A stretch of 63,974 nucleotides of DNA, filler included. It is 7 parts of 7 records of this genome, joined end to end, with 100 filler letters (N's around TTAATTAATTAA, not from the genome) between each part and the next. Parts side by side here need not be neighbours in the genome. Positions count along the whole stretch, not along the records: positions 21,425 to 33,710 come from SRR31156797_28794; positions 33,811 to 52,008 come from SRR31156797_28824; 5 more parts are not named here. One strand, written 5' to 3'. The notes beneath the pieces were generated by a model that did not search any database, was not told the origin of the DNA, and saw nothing but the letters and a program-made list of their open reading frames with translations. Positions 31,910 to 42,588 of this stretch are shown in pieces. The translations under genes were made by a program, and so were the position numbers. Position 1 is the first letter of the stretch. Each line of letters begins with the position of its first letter.

Positions 31910-32055
31910 CGGACTTGAAATTGCATTCATACACCAATTACACAAGAACCGCCCCATTGCTGAGGCAGTTTTCATACAAATTCAGAATTTGTAACCAGGT
32001 TTGTGTCAACGTTGTTTTGAGGTTTCAGTTTTCAAATTAATAATCATATGGTCAT

Positions 32056-33710
32056 TTAATCCCTCATACAACGCACACTTAAACCATCACCCTTAGGGTT
32101 GCCTCCACGGCTAACGAAGGCAAAGTGGTTGTACATGTTCCGGTGCCAGACGGCCGCAGCCGAGCTCTCCGTCGAAGACCACCAGTAAACGTCGGCATTC
32201 ATGGCGAAAAAAGAATCCCAATCACTGTTACGGAATCCGCCCGGTAAGCCCGAAAAACCTGTGCTATTATTTGCTGAAAGGTTGTTGCCTACAGCACAGG
32301 TTTCTGATGCACTTGTCCAGTTGGTAGTGGCAGCAAGTGCTTTTGCAATGTAAAAATCATCACCATTGCAGAGGTGTTCGGGCTGACTACTCACATAATC
32401 GGTTAAAGCAGTCCACTCGGCATCGGCAGGCAGGTGCCAGCCTTCAGGGCACGCATCCAGCGATGCCGGCCAGTTATACAAAACACCATAGGTTTGGTAA
32501 TTTGTTGTGGCTTGGGCTTCTGCTACACTTGTTCCCTGGTAATCATACACATAATAATACGGATCGGTATTACTACCTTGCGAAGATGGATATACCTCCG
32601 GCAGATATGCGAGGTTTTCCGCCATCCAGCATTGATCGCCAATAAGGACAGTTTCATACTGCTGTCCATCCCTGGAGTCAGTAATAACATCGCCACAATT
32701 AAAAGATACTGTTTCAACCTCGGTTTGAAATCTCCACATCGGCCCGTTGGTAGTATTGCCCTGGTCGTCGTGTGCCACTATTCTCCAGTAATACCAGGTT
32801 TCGTATTGCAGTGTGCCGGGCTCAAATGTTGATCCCGATTGACCTGTAGCCACTGATGGCGGTGTTTCGGATGTGCCAAAATAAACATCATAGGTAATGG
32901 GGTCGTTATCCGCGTCGAGGGAACTCCAGGAAAGGATGGTTCCTTCCACAGGTTGTTCCGTGCTCAGGTTTTCCGGCACAGCATAATGCGGTGCTGATGG
33001 TGGCTGATTGGCCGGTGCCTCGCCATAAACACAGCGCATGCTGAATCCCAAACCCTTATGCCATGCCGCTCTGTAAGATGAATCTGTAACAGCAAATAAA
33101 ATCCTGTACCAGCCATTTTCGGCGGAGGCTTCGGTGAGTGTCCAGAATCTGGCGCCACTACCCAGACCGTAGAATGAACCGGTATCAAAAGCACGGCCAC
33201 CCGCGGGAAGGGCTGAGAATCCAAAAAGATCAGTGCCATTGCCATTGTCATTCCATCCGGTTGTACTTTTCAGGTTTTTGTTTGTATCAAAGCCACGGTA
33301 ACCGGTTTGATCCCAGAATGGATCTCCTACCGGATACTGGCTGTCCGCATTGCCTTCCAGGATTTTCCATTCGGCATCATTGGGTGTGTGCCAGCCTTCC
33401 GGACAAGCATTTTGTGCTGCCGGCCAGTTGTAAAGTACACCATAATCCTGGTAGTTTTGTGTGGCTTTGGCTGCAGCAATATCCGTACCCTGGTAATCAA
33501 ACACATAATAATAAGGTGCTGCATCACTACCATCAGATGAAGGACTCACAGAGGGCAGGAATGCCAGGTTTTCGGCCATCCAGCACTGGTCACCAATCTG
33601 AACAGTTGCGTAAGTATTGTCATCTCTGCTATCAATAAAAGTATCTCCGCAGGAAAACTGAGCGGTTTCTTCCTCAGTAGTAAAACTCCACACCGGCCCT
33701 TCGGTGGCAT
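32056..33710 (-). CDS. Protein with two FISUMP (Fib_succ_major) domains and an Fn3-like linker, 5' truncated
   Basis: Two copies of DSRD..Y.TV.IGDQCWMAENL, YGVLYNW, CPEGWH; SVRC/SMRC ends. Confidence 0.9.
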
Positions 33711-33810
33711 NNNNNNNNNNNNNNNNNNNNNNNNNNNNNNNNNNNNNNNNNNNNTTAATTAATTAANNNNNNNNNNNNNNNNNNNNNNNNNNNNNNNNNN
33801 NNNNNNNNNN
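33711..33810. other. Artificial contig spacer
   Basis: Ns flanking TTAATTAATTAA. Confidence 0.98.
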
Positions 33811-35335
33811 TCGGCATGCGATAGGGCGGCAGTTCCATGACGAACGGAGTGGATGCTCCCTTGATGACGGTCGAGCGCAGAGCACGGGCCACGATAAGAG
33901 CCATTACCCAAGCGCACAGGGTGATCATGAGCATGACCGTGGCAGCATTTTGCGGGAAAAAGGCAGCGGTCAGCATGAGGAAAACAGGGACTTTGGCTCC
34001 GCAGGTCATATAAGGAGCGACGAACAACGTGGCGAGTTTTTCTTTTGGGCTTCTCAGTGTGCGGGCGGCCATGACGCCGGGAACGGCGCAACCACCGGCA
34101 ATGCCGCCTGAAACAATGAATGGCAACACTGACGTGCCGTGGAGACCGAAAATTTTAAAGATGCGGTCAAGCATGTATGCCATACGGGCGATGTAGCCAG
34201 AATCTTCCAATGCTGAAATCATCAGGAACATGAACATGATGAGCGGGACGAATCCGAGGACGCCTCCGACACCATCAATAATGCCTGAAACAACTAGAGA
34301 GCGAAGGTGCCCATCAGGTAAGGCGTTGTATGCAGTGTCGCCCATCCATCCGAAAAGCATTTCCAGCCAACCCATGGGAATTTCTCCCACAGTGAATGTT
34401 ATCTTATAAATGAGATAAACGATGCCGAGCATGATAGCCGGACCAAGGAAGCGGTGGGTGAGTACCTTGTCCATTTGATCTGAACGGCTGATGCGATCTT
34501 CGTCAAGCACTGGGTAGGATATGACGTCTTTGATCATGCCTGCGATGAATCCGTAGCGATGGTCGGCGATGAGTGCGTCCGGTCTGGCTTTGAGAGTCTT
34601 TTCTGTGTGGTCGGCAACCTCGCGAGCCATAGCTTCAAGCTTGTCGGACAAGGCCGTGTTGATCATTCGTCCTTTGACGACCACATCTTCGTCGCGTTCA
34701 AGGTATTTGATGCCGGTCCAACGGGCTGGAACTTTTTCGGTAAGAAAGTTTTCGGCTTCGATGAGTTTGACCATGTCATCTAAGACAGGGTCAAGATCTG
34801 GCCCGTAGGAAATGTTCAAAGGTTTCCATGCACCATTTTGCTCTTTGGCAAGTTCCAGAGTCGCTTTCAGAAGATCCTGTGTGCCTTGATCGTTTCTGGC
34901 TACAGTTTCCACCACAGCACAACCTGAGAGTTTGGAAAGTCGTTCACTGTCGATTTGTTTACCGCTACTGCGAACTTCATCCATCATGTTGAGGCCGAGT
35001 ACAAGCGGAACACCCAACTCCATAATTTGGACAGCCAGATACAGGTTTCGTTCAAGAGCATCGGCATTCATGATGTCGATGACGACTTCCGGGCGTTCAT
35101 CTACGAGGAAATTACGGGCAACCAGTTCTTCTTGTGTGTATGCAGTCAAAGAGTAGGTGCCCGGCAGGTCCACCATGACAATGGAGTCGCCGTTGGTTTG
35201 GATGTGGCCGATCTTTTTTTCAACGGTAACACCGGGCCAGTTGGCAACGTGTTGCCGTGCTCCGGTCAGGGAGTTGAACATAGTGGTTTTGCCGCAGTTG
35301 GGATTGCCTGCGATGCCAATGGTATACTCTGCCAT
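33811..35335 (-). CDS. feoB: Ferrous iron transporter FeoB, 3' truncated
   Basis: GNPNCGKTT, NWPGVTVE, DLPGTYSL, NMMD, FVMELPPY. Confidence 0.97.
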
Positions 35336-35338
35336 CGC

Positions 35339-35581
35339 TTAGTCCTCCAACAGGGTGACGGTGATGTGATCTGCTTCGCTGTTGCGCAAGGTGAGTGTGA
35401 AGTCTTTGAGTCGTAGGGCAACAGGGTCTTTGAGTGGTGCCTTGCCGATAACATGAACTTCTGTGCCAGAGATGAGACCCATGTCTCGAATTCGTCGACC
35501 AAGTTCTCCCTCAGCGGCAACGGTTTTAATTTTGAGTTTCTGATTGACCTTGGCTTTTCTTAAACAAAAATCTTGAGACAT
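35339..35581 (-). CDS. feoA: FeoA
   Basis: RRIRDMGL...APLKDP...LTLR; start placed at ATG 35581. Confidence 0.93.
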   Translation of the reverse strand: MSQDFCLRKAKVNQKLKIKTVAAEGELGRRIRDMGLISGTEVHVIGKAPLKDPVALRLKDFTLTLRNSEADHITVTLLED

Positions 35582-35604
35582 TATGTATTCCTTGAAATGT
35601 TCTG

Positions 35605-35623
35605 GTTGATAATTAATATCAAC
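35605..35623. promoter_or_regulatory. Fur box upstream of feoA
   Basis: Near-palindrome GTTGATAATTAATATCAAC. Confidence 0.7.
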
Positions 35624-35639
35624 GATGGAGCAAAAAAAA

Positions 35640-35822
35640 TTATCGCGAACCTGGGCAACTGTCATTGTTCGGACTGTCCTGAATGCCAGCGCATGAACCG
35701 GAATGTCCGCAACCTGTACAGTTGCAAGAAGGTTGTTTTGACGTGAATTGCTTGAAGAGCTTGCGGGCAACGAATATCCCAGCAATAGAGACAATGCAAA
35801 CTACAAGTATGGTGTCGATCAT
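35640..35822 (-). CDS. FeoB-associated Cys-rich membrane protein
   Basis: N-terminal TM segment followed by CNCTGC...C...C. Confidence 0.8.
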   Translation of the reverse strand: MIDTILVVCIVSIAGIFVARKLFKQFTSKQPSCNCTGCGHSGSCAGIQDSPNNDSCPGSR

Positions 35823-35881
35823 TTTAATCCCCTCAAAGTTTTGACCTGAGTTTCAGGTCGGACATGAGAGATGTAGTGATG

Positions 35882-35898
35882 TTGAGAATCAGTGTCAA
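35882..35898. promoter_or_regulatory. Fur box at the feo promoter
   Basis: TTGAGAATCAGTGTCAA, resembling the TTGAAAATCATTTTCAA-type box. Confidence 0.65.
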
Positions 35899-36051
35899 GT
35901 GTTCTTTGGAATTATTTCATACCTTATCGGAATGATGTCTTCTTGGGTTACTTGTGTTCAATGCTGTTTTGTGCTGAGATGACTGTCTTGGGTTGAGGCA
36001 TTAAAACAGTTTGTCGCACTATCATAACAGCTTATATACGGAGTTTAGGTC

Positions 36052-36255
36052 ATGGACGACGATTCCAGAGATTTCATGAGATGGATAGATGCCCTTGCCA
36101 AGGGAATTATCGCTGGTGCTGCCATTGGCTACCTGTTCAGCCTCACCGATATGATGCCCCCCGGCAAAGCTGTCGTCCTTGGCGGACTCGCAGGCTGCCT
36201 TGCCGCCATTACTTTCAAGAATCGTCAAGATGATAAGAAGGACGAGGAGAAGTAG
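36052..36255 (+). CDS. Small two-TM hypothetical protein
   Basis: GGAG RBS, two hydrophobic segments, charged tail. Confidence 0.65.
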   Translation: MDDDSRDFMRWIDALAKGIIAGAAIGYLFSLTDMMPPGKAVVLGGLAGCLAAITFKNRQDDKKDEEK

Positions 36256-36365
36256 GCTCTTTACGAAATGGCCTTTCTCCGTGAAAAAGATGGCTGTTTT
36301 CTATGTTTTTTTATACGAATGACCACAAGTAGTTTTTAATTTTAGTAGTAACGAGGTAGGTTCCT

Positions 36366-37028
36366 GTGTGGGAAAAGATTTGGGATGAAATATATTCTGC
36401 AAAAGAATGGGGTAAATATCCTAGTGAGAGCGTTATTCGCTTTGTAGCTCGTAATTATTACGGGGTTGAAGATCGGCGTTCTGTGCGAATTTTAGATATT
36501 GGCTGTGGAAGCGGCGCAATCTCATGGTATTTGGGCAGAGAAGGTTTCAATGGATATGGCATTGATGGATCCGCAGTTGCTGTCAAGCGAGCTGAAGAAC
36601 GTTTTAAGCGTAATGGCTTGAAAGGAGAATTCACTGTAGGTGATTTTCAGAATTTACCATATGAAGACGGTTTTTTTGATGCAGTGATTGATGGCTACGC
36701 CCTGTGTAGTAATAATAAACAAGTTCATACGGCAACATTGAAAGAAGTTGATAGAGTTTTGAAGCCAGAAGGTAAATTCTATTCAATAATGCCACAAATA
36801 TCATGTACAGGATTTGGCTTTGGTAAAAAAGTTGATGATTATGTATATACAGAAATACCAATAGGGTGTTTCCATGGTTTGGGAACGGTATACTTTTTTG
36901 ATTATGCAGAAATTGAGAATCAGTTTAGTTTGTTCGATATTGAGGATGTTCAAGAGCAAACTCATTCTTTTCACTATCGGACCATAAAACAATCTGACTG
37001 GATTGTTCATTGTAAGAAAAAAAGTTAG
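36366..37028 (+). CDS. Class I SAM-dependent methyltransferase
   Basis: ILDIGCGSG, GIDGS, LPYEDGFFDAV, LKPEG. Confidence 0.9.
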   Translation: MWEKIWDEIYSAKEWGKYPSESVIRFVARNYYGVEDRRSVRILDIGCGSGAISWYLGREGFNGYGIDGSAVAVKRAEERFKRNGLKGEFTVGDFQNLPYEDGFFDAVIDGYALCSNNKQVHTATLKEVDRVLKPEGKFYSIMPQISCTGFGFGKKVDDYVYTEIPIGCFHGLGTVYFFDYAEIENQFSLFDIEDVQEQTHSFHYRTIKQSDWIVHCKKKS

Positions 37029-37137
37029 CCTTTTGAAAAGTAGTTTCATTTTTGTATTATTTAATGCTGACAATATGTAATCAAAGCGAGTGGATGCTCT
37101 CATTTTGAGGGCATCCAATTTGTTTTAGTGGTATGCT

Positions 37138-38493
37138 ATGAAAGAACTTATCCTTGTTCATTGTGTCGATACGGAAGGTCCTCTTTACGAATCCATTTCA
37201 GCTACTTTTGAACGTGTAAAAAGTACTTTTGGCTTGGAGTATGAACCTTCACGAAGCCAATTGATTCGGTTGAAAGCTGGAAAAGACATACCTACCGAGT
37301 TGAAGAACAAAGTGGTTGACTTTGTTTCTGACGAGCGACTTGGGTATAATTCGACTTGGACTGAAGTGGATGAAATGCTTCAATTGTTGATGTCAGACGA
37401 CTGGCGCATGAGTCACGCAGATGATCATGGTAATGGGTACGTTTTTTCTTGGTTTGTCATGGATCATGTAGGATTTACAGTCAATCCTCGACAACGAGCT
37501 TTGGGATTTCATTCCGTATACGAACATTACAAAGAATTATTTAAAGAGTATAAACCTAAAAATGATGCTTTGTATTGGCACTTTCATCCTGTACCGTTTT
37601 CTTATGAGGCCAACAGGGCTTCATGTAATTATAGTTTCACTTCGTATCATATTGAATCAATTAGTCGGCGGATAATAGATTTTCTTGATTTCCCTGCTGC
37701 ATTTCGTCCAGGCCTGCATTGTGAAAGACCTGATATCAATTTGTTCTTGGAAATGTGGATTCCTGTTGATTATGGTAATCAGGGAATGCCGGAGAGTTCT
37801 GAAGATGCCATGCAGAAAGATGTCTGCGGTGGACGTTTTGGAGATTGGCGGAGAGCATCCTCAGATTGGGGCGTTTATCATCCTGATTGGTATGATTATC
37901 AGCGCTCAGGAAGCATGAAACGCTACATTGCGCGTTGCCTTAATCTCAATGCCCGTATCAGAGCAATTACGGAAGACGAGGTGCATAAGGCCTTTCGTCA
38001 AGTACAATCAGGACAGTCAACGATTCTTTCAGTGACTAGCCATGATCAAAATCGGATGGCTGCTCCCATATCTCAATACATGGAGCTTGTTCGAAAAGTT
38101 CAGAAGCATTATCCCGATATTTCAATTCGTCATGCAAACGCAGTAGATGCAGTCCGGTCAGTATGTGGTTTGAGTACAGAGTCACCTGTTCAATTAGAAT
38201 TCGAATGGACAGGCAACCGATTGGATATTGTAGCGGATAAAAATATTTGGGGCCCACAGCCTTGGCTTTGTTTTAAAACATTAGACCAACGTTGTTTTCA
38301 TGAAAATTTGGATAGACAGGAAGGGAATCATTGGAGCTTTGTATTTGATATTGATTCGATTCCTTTGGATCGCCTTGAGGCGATCGGCATAGCTACCAAT
38401 GATAACAATTTTAATGCGTCAGTCTACAGGATTCCGGTTCGTTACGGAAAACCTGGCCCTGTCGAGTTTCGTTTTAGAAATACTGGGAATTAG
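37138..38493 (+). CDS. Hypothetical protein, possibly a metal-dependent deacetylase-like enzyme
   Basis: HCVDTEGP, WHFHP, FRPG and TSHD resemble the NodB/CE4 motif order; the fold call is an inference. Confidence 0.55.
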   Translation: MKELILVHCVDTEGPLYESISATFERVKSTFGLEYEPSRSQLIRLKAGKDIPTELKNKVVDFVSDERLGYNSTWTEVDEMLQLLMSDDWRMSHADDHGNGYVFSWFVMDHVGFTVNPRQRALGFHSVYEHYKELFKEYKPKNDALYWHFHPVPFSYEANRASCNYSFTSYHIESISRRIIDFLDFPAAFRPGLHCERPDINLFLEMWIPVDYGNQGMPESSEDAMQKDVCGGRFGDWRRASSDWGVYHPDWYDYQRSGSMKRYIARCLNLNARIRAITEDEVHKAFRQVQSGQSTILSVTSHDQNRMAAPISQYMELVRKVQKHYPDISIRHANAVDAVRSVCGLSTESPVQLEFEWTGNRLDIVADKNIWGPQPWLCFKTLDQRCFHENLDRQEGNHWSFVFDIDSIPLDRLEAIGIATNDNNFNASVYRIPVRYGKPGPVEFRFRNTGN

Positions 38494-38514
38494 ATTTAAC
38501 GATGACTGAAAATA

Positions 38515-39867
38515 CTATGCTGGTTGGATCAGGAATGTATTGAGACATAATTCAGTTACATCCACCTGAGGAAAATCCGGTCTGATGTTCTGAATTTCAG
38601 CCATTCTATTTAACACCATGCTACGTGTAAGCCGTGGGAATTTATCCAGAGCATAGCGAACCTTTTGACCATTGCGACCAGGTTGGTGAGCGCGGATGAG
38701 TTTGCTTAAATGCTTTCGCCAGCATTTTATATCTCCCCACAGTCCCAATGGTTTTGGAAGCCAGGAGTGCTCATGTGTACAATTGGTTTGAACGAGGTCC
38801 GCAAGAATCGAAGCAGAATCATTTTGAATCGTATGGAGATAAGGGCTAATCGTTTGTGTTTGTCTGGTTCTTTCTGTTATTGAATCACAGTTATTCAAAG
38901 TCTTCAGAACTTCTTCTGCGGTCACTGTTTGGTGTCCAATTTTGCCTGAAAGCTGCGACGTTATGCTTTCATCAAAAATTGGTCGAAATTGGATGACTGG
39001 GATACCAAGAAGCATGGCCTCTATTCCAGTTGTACAATCATGGTGAATGACTGCTTTTGCGGAAGCAATCCAATTTCTGACTCCCCCCTTGTTTGTGACA
39101 AAGATATTTTTGAGTGTACTAAATTCTTGTTCGTAAACAGTAGCGTTTTCTACAGGATGGGGGCGAATGATTATTGTGTGATCTGGGAGTGCTTCTGCAA
39201 TATATTTGACCATGCTATTGAATTCATTGAGAAGGTCTTTTTGGTAAGTATTTATATTTTCAAGATAGTCTTGCAGCCCTTCCTCACCATAGCATTTCCA
39301 TTCATCCATACTGCTTAACATTCTGATATAATTTTTAAATCCCATTTTGTGATTGTAGAAATAAAAATTAGTATTGATCAGAATGAAATTTTCACCGTAT
39401 TCATCGGTGATGGATTTGTCTTTGTAGAGGGGGACGAATTCTTTTTTTAGCAAGTCAAATGAAGGATATCCGGTCGGTATGACCTTACTTTGCTGATCCT
39501 CTGGTAGGTGGGAAGAAATGAGTTGTGTCTGTTCTTCTCCCCACATGCACAACTTTGTCGTATAGGGGGCAACTTTTGTGTAATTGTCGATCAATTGGTC
39601 TGGACTGCCAATGAGAGATAGGCCTTCAGCGTTAAGGTTGAAGACAATTCCGCCATTCTCCAGAATCTTTTTATTCGTCGGTTGGTGTTGATCACTGTCA
39701 AAGTAACAAATGGGTGCAGTCGTTGATTTGACGTATTGATTAACCATTCTTTCACCCAACAATACAGGATAGCCGCGGGAGGCAAGGTTGAGGGCAAAAT
39801 AAAGCATGCCGTCAAGTTCGCGAGTTGCGATTTCCATGGGAATTGCACAAAGCATAATGTCAATCAA
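38515..39867 (-). CDS. Surface carbohydrate biosynthesis protein (GT-B, putative nonulosonate transferase)
   Basis: EIATRELD, TGYPSFDL, ILINTNF, RPHPVE, CTTGIEA. Confidence 0.75.
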   Translation of the reverse strand: MIDIMLCAIPMEIATRELDGMLYFALNLASRGYPVLLGERMVNQYVKSTTAPICYFDSDQHQPTNKKILENGGIVFNLNAEGLSLIGSPDQLIDNYTKVAPYTTKLCMWGEEQTQLISSHLPEDQQSKVIPTGYPSFDLLKKEFVPLYKDKSITDEYGENFILINTNFYFYNHKMGFKNYIRMLSSMDEWKCYGEEGLQDYLENINTYQKDLLNEFNSMVKYIAEALPDHTIIIRPHPVENATVYEQEFSTLKNIFVTNKGGVRNWIASAKAVIHHDCTTGIEAMLLGIPVIQFRPIFDESITSQLSGKIGHQTVTAEEVLKTLNNCDSITERTRQTQTISPYLHTIQNDSASILADLVQTNCTHEHSWLPKPLGLWGDIKCWRKHLSKLIRAHQPGRNGQKVRYALDKFPRLTRSMVLNRMAEIQNIRPDFPQVDVTELCLNTFLIQPA

Positions 39868-39899
39868 TCCGTTTTGTCAGAGTGTTAGCGATGCTAATG

Positions 39900-40907
39900 T
39901 TATTGAGCAAGAAAGGCTTCAGGATTTTGTCGAAGTGCGGCCGTAGCTGTTTTGATAACCGTTTGAGTATTGTATACTTCGATTGTTCCATGTCCGACTG
40001 ACGCTTTTTTTACGTCTTCAATGATTGCCGGATATGCTTTTAGTTTGCCAAAATCATAATGCGTTGTCTCTGGATTTCTCGCGTAGAGATAATAAGAACG
40101 TGTGTCAGTCAATCCATTGTCAGTATACGCGTGTTTGAATTCAAGAGTGTTGCGATAGGGAACTTTTTCTCGGAATTCTGTCGTGTGCACAATAGAAGCG
40201 TAACTCAAGTCAATACCAGCACAGAGGAGTTTGGCATTTTGATCGATGGCCTTTTGCCATGGAGAGTCGTCTGCATACGCGTATGTATTTTCCCCACTCA
40301 TGAGATCTTCGGCTTTGGCTCCTAATGCACATGCACCATCAAGAGGATTGTTATTTCTTGTGGCACCTGGACGCGTCCTGACGAATTCGGGGAAAACACC
40401 AAGGCTAGGAATGGCAGGAGTGTTTTGTTTATCGAAAGCATCATTTTTGAATACCGGTATATTGCCAGCTGGAACCATAATCGTTCCTTGAGAGCCAATG
40501 ACGTTGAAAATTCCTTGGAGAAAACCATCAAGGTCATTTTCGAAAGAACCAAGATGTTGAAGGCCGGAATGAATAACAAGCATGTCTCCAGATGTAATGC
40601 CCGTATTTTTGAGCGCTTCTTCCCATTCTTTTATCGTAACTGTATGTTGGTGTTTTTCGCCACCCATACAGAAGGCCATGGTTTCAAGGGTACTGAGTGG
40701 ACCATCGCCAACTAAACTGAGATCCATTCCATTTCCGAGGGTTGCTTCAAATTCTAATTGCAATGCAAGGAAGCTCATGGAGTCAATGAGTCCAGAGGCG
40801 ATAATATCAAAATCGTCAGCCAGTTCTGATGCAGAATGGATATCAAGTTTGGTCAGCTTATCGCAATATTTTGTGAAGATGAATTGCTTAAGATCTTTTA
40901 CATTCAT
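39900..40907 (-). CDS. Acyl carrier domain fused to an AAC(3)/YokD-family N-acyltransferase
   Basis: N-terminal GLIDSMSFLAL phosphopantetheine site, then LVIHSG, GTIMVP, LGVFPEFVR, SIVHTTE. Confidence 0.8.
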   Translation of the reverse strand: MNVKDLKQFIFTKYCDKLTKLDIHSASELADDFDIIASGLIDSMSFLALQLEFEATLGNGMDLSLVGDGPLSTLETMAFCMGGEKHQHTVTIKEWEEALKNTGITSGDMLVIHSGLQHLGSFENDLDGFLQGIFNVIGSQGTIMVPAGNIPVFKNDAFDKQNTPAIPSLGVFPEFVRTRPGATRNNNPLDGACALGAKAEDLMSGENTYAYADDSPWQKAIDQNAKLLCAGIDLSYASIVHTTEFREKVPYRNTLEFKHAYTDNGLTDTRSYYLYARNPETTHYDFGKLKAYPAIIEDVKKASVGHGTIEVYNTQTVIKTATAALRQNPEAFLAQ

Positions 40908-42501
40908 TTTTTTTCATCATGGTGACAAGAGCTTTCCTGTCAACTTTTCCGTTTGAGTTAAGGGGCATGGTTTCGACTTGGATATAGCGTTTTGCTCGCA
41001 TGTAAGTCGGGAGATTCTTGTTGGAAATTGCTTCGAAATCAATTTCGGGGCTACCGCTGTAGAAGACAATGAGTTCGATAGGAGCTTCAGGGTCCTCTTG
41101 GAATCCAACAGCAACAAGATGTTCAACATTTGAGCCTGTGCGAAGAACATGTTCGATTTCACCAAGCTCCACTCGATATCCTGCAATTTGGATTTGATTA
41201 TCGATGCGGCCAATGAAAATTAGGTCACGGTTGTTATCGAAGCGGACCAAGTCGCCGGTACGATACCACCTGTTGTCTCTTTTTCTGATATCGGTGTTCA
41301 ATTTGCAGAATTTTTCATCGCTCAGTGTTTTATTTTTCCAATAGCCTGGCGCCAATTGGTTGCCTCCCAAGCAAAGTTCTCCGATATCTCCGGTCGGTAC
41401 GGGTGTCAATGTCTCATCGACAACGGCAACGTCAAGCCCAGGCAGAGGGGTTCCAATTGGGACGCAACCTTGACAGTCGGCGGGGAGCGGCGTTTTGGGA
41501 TTGTATTCGTAATCTGTAAAATAGACGGTCGCTTCTGTGGGCCCATAGAGATTGAAGACTTTTGAGTTCTGTGCTGCTGCTGCAAAATTTTGTGCAGTTG
41601 TTTCTAGGAGAGTTTCTCCACAAAAAAGGGAAAGACGGAGATGAGGCAATGATTTTTGTTTGAGAAGTTTGAATTTGGAAAGAAAAACAGCGACTGCTGG
41701 AACAGAGAACCATACTGATATTTTATGTTTATTTACAAAATTTATAGGAAGCATAACCTCTGGTTGAGGCACGCAGAAAATGGCCCCCCCGACCGTCAGG
41801 GGAATGAAGATATCAAAGACGGAAAGGTCAAAGGTGAAATCGAAAAGTTGTGTAAATGAATCAACAGAAGTGAATGAAAATTTTTGGATGGAATTCGTCA
41901 CCATGCTGACTGCATTTGTGTGAGTTATCCCAACTCCTTTGGGGGTGCCGGTGCTGCCGGACGTAAAGAGAAGATATGCGATTTCGCTTGGTTTGACTTC
42001 TGGTGAGACAAGGTGAGTTTTTGCCGGGGCTTCTAGTTCTGATTTGTCCAAAAATGAAATGGTAATATTTTGTGCAACCGTTTCGAGATGGGGCAGATTT
42101 CCAAGAACAATGATCGAAAATTCCTGTTCCTGATCACCAAGCATATCTAAAAGTTCGTTGAGGTGGTCAGCATCAGTGATGATGATATTAATGCCGGATT
42201 TGTCTATGGCAGCAAGTACACGACTTTGCGGAAAGATTGGATTGAGAGGAACATATCCGTTTCCACTATGGAGAGCTGAAAGGATTCCCGTATACATGTG
42301 AATCGAACGATAGGCATATACACCAATGAGTTTGCAGTGATTGTCAAGCTGGGTAATGCGTTTTGATGTGCTGTCGATTCTGTTAGCCAACATCTGATAT
42401 GTATATTCGATACCATCAACGTACAGGGCTTTGTTGTCGGGATACAAAGAAGAATTCTTTATAAAACCGTCGATGAGTAAAGTGTTCTGCGACAGAGTCA
42501 T
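40888..42501 (-). CDS. Stand-alone amino acid adenylation enzyme (DltA-like)
   Basis: FTSGSTGTPKG, FDLSV, NLYGPTE, YRTGD, GYRVELGEIE, NSNGKVDR. Confidence 0.9.
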   Translation of the reverse strand: MTLSQNTLLIDGFIKNSSLYPDNKALYVDGIEYTYQMLANRIDSTSKRITQLDNHCKLIGVYAYRSIHMYTGILSALHSGNGYVPLNPIFPQSRVLAAIDKSGINIIITDADHLNELLDMLGDQEQEFSIIVLGNLPHLETVAQNITISFLDKSELEAPAKTHLVSPEVKPSEIAYLLFTSGSTGTPKGVGITHTNAVSMVTNSIQKFSFTSVDSFTQLFDFTFDLSVFDIFIPLTVGGAIFCVPQPEVMLPINFVNKHKISVWFSVPAVAVFLSKFKLLKQKSLPHLRLSLFCGETLLETTAQNFAAAAQNSKVFNLYGPTEATVYFTDYEYNPKTPLPADCQGCVPIGTPLPGLDVAVVDETLTPVPTGDIGELCLGGNQLAPGYWKNKTLSDEKFCKLNTDIRKRDNRWYRTGDLVRFDNNRDLIFIGRIDNQIQIAGYRVELGEIEHVLRTGSNVEHLVAVGFQEDPEAPIELIVFYSGSPEIDFEAISNKNLPTYMRAKRYIQVETMPLNSNGKVDRKALVTMMKKNECKRS

Positions 42502-42588
42502 CTTATATTATCTCAATTTGTTATGATAGGGCAGTTCGTATGAACTTTTTGTAGTTACGATCAGTCGGATAATGTCAACGGATTGGAA

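Noticed and set aside
35339-35794. 151-aa extended FeoA
   Set aside because: The extension overlaps the Cys-rich gene and a Fur box; the real start is probably 35581.
39900-42501. dlt operon or aminoglycoside resistance gene
   Set aside because: No dltB or dltD nearby; the ACP fusion and sugar-cluster context point to biosynthesis.
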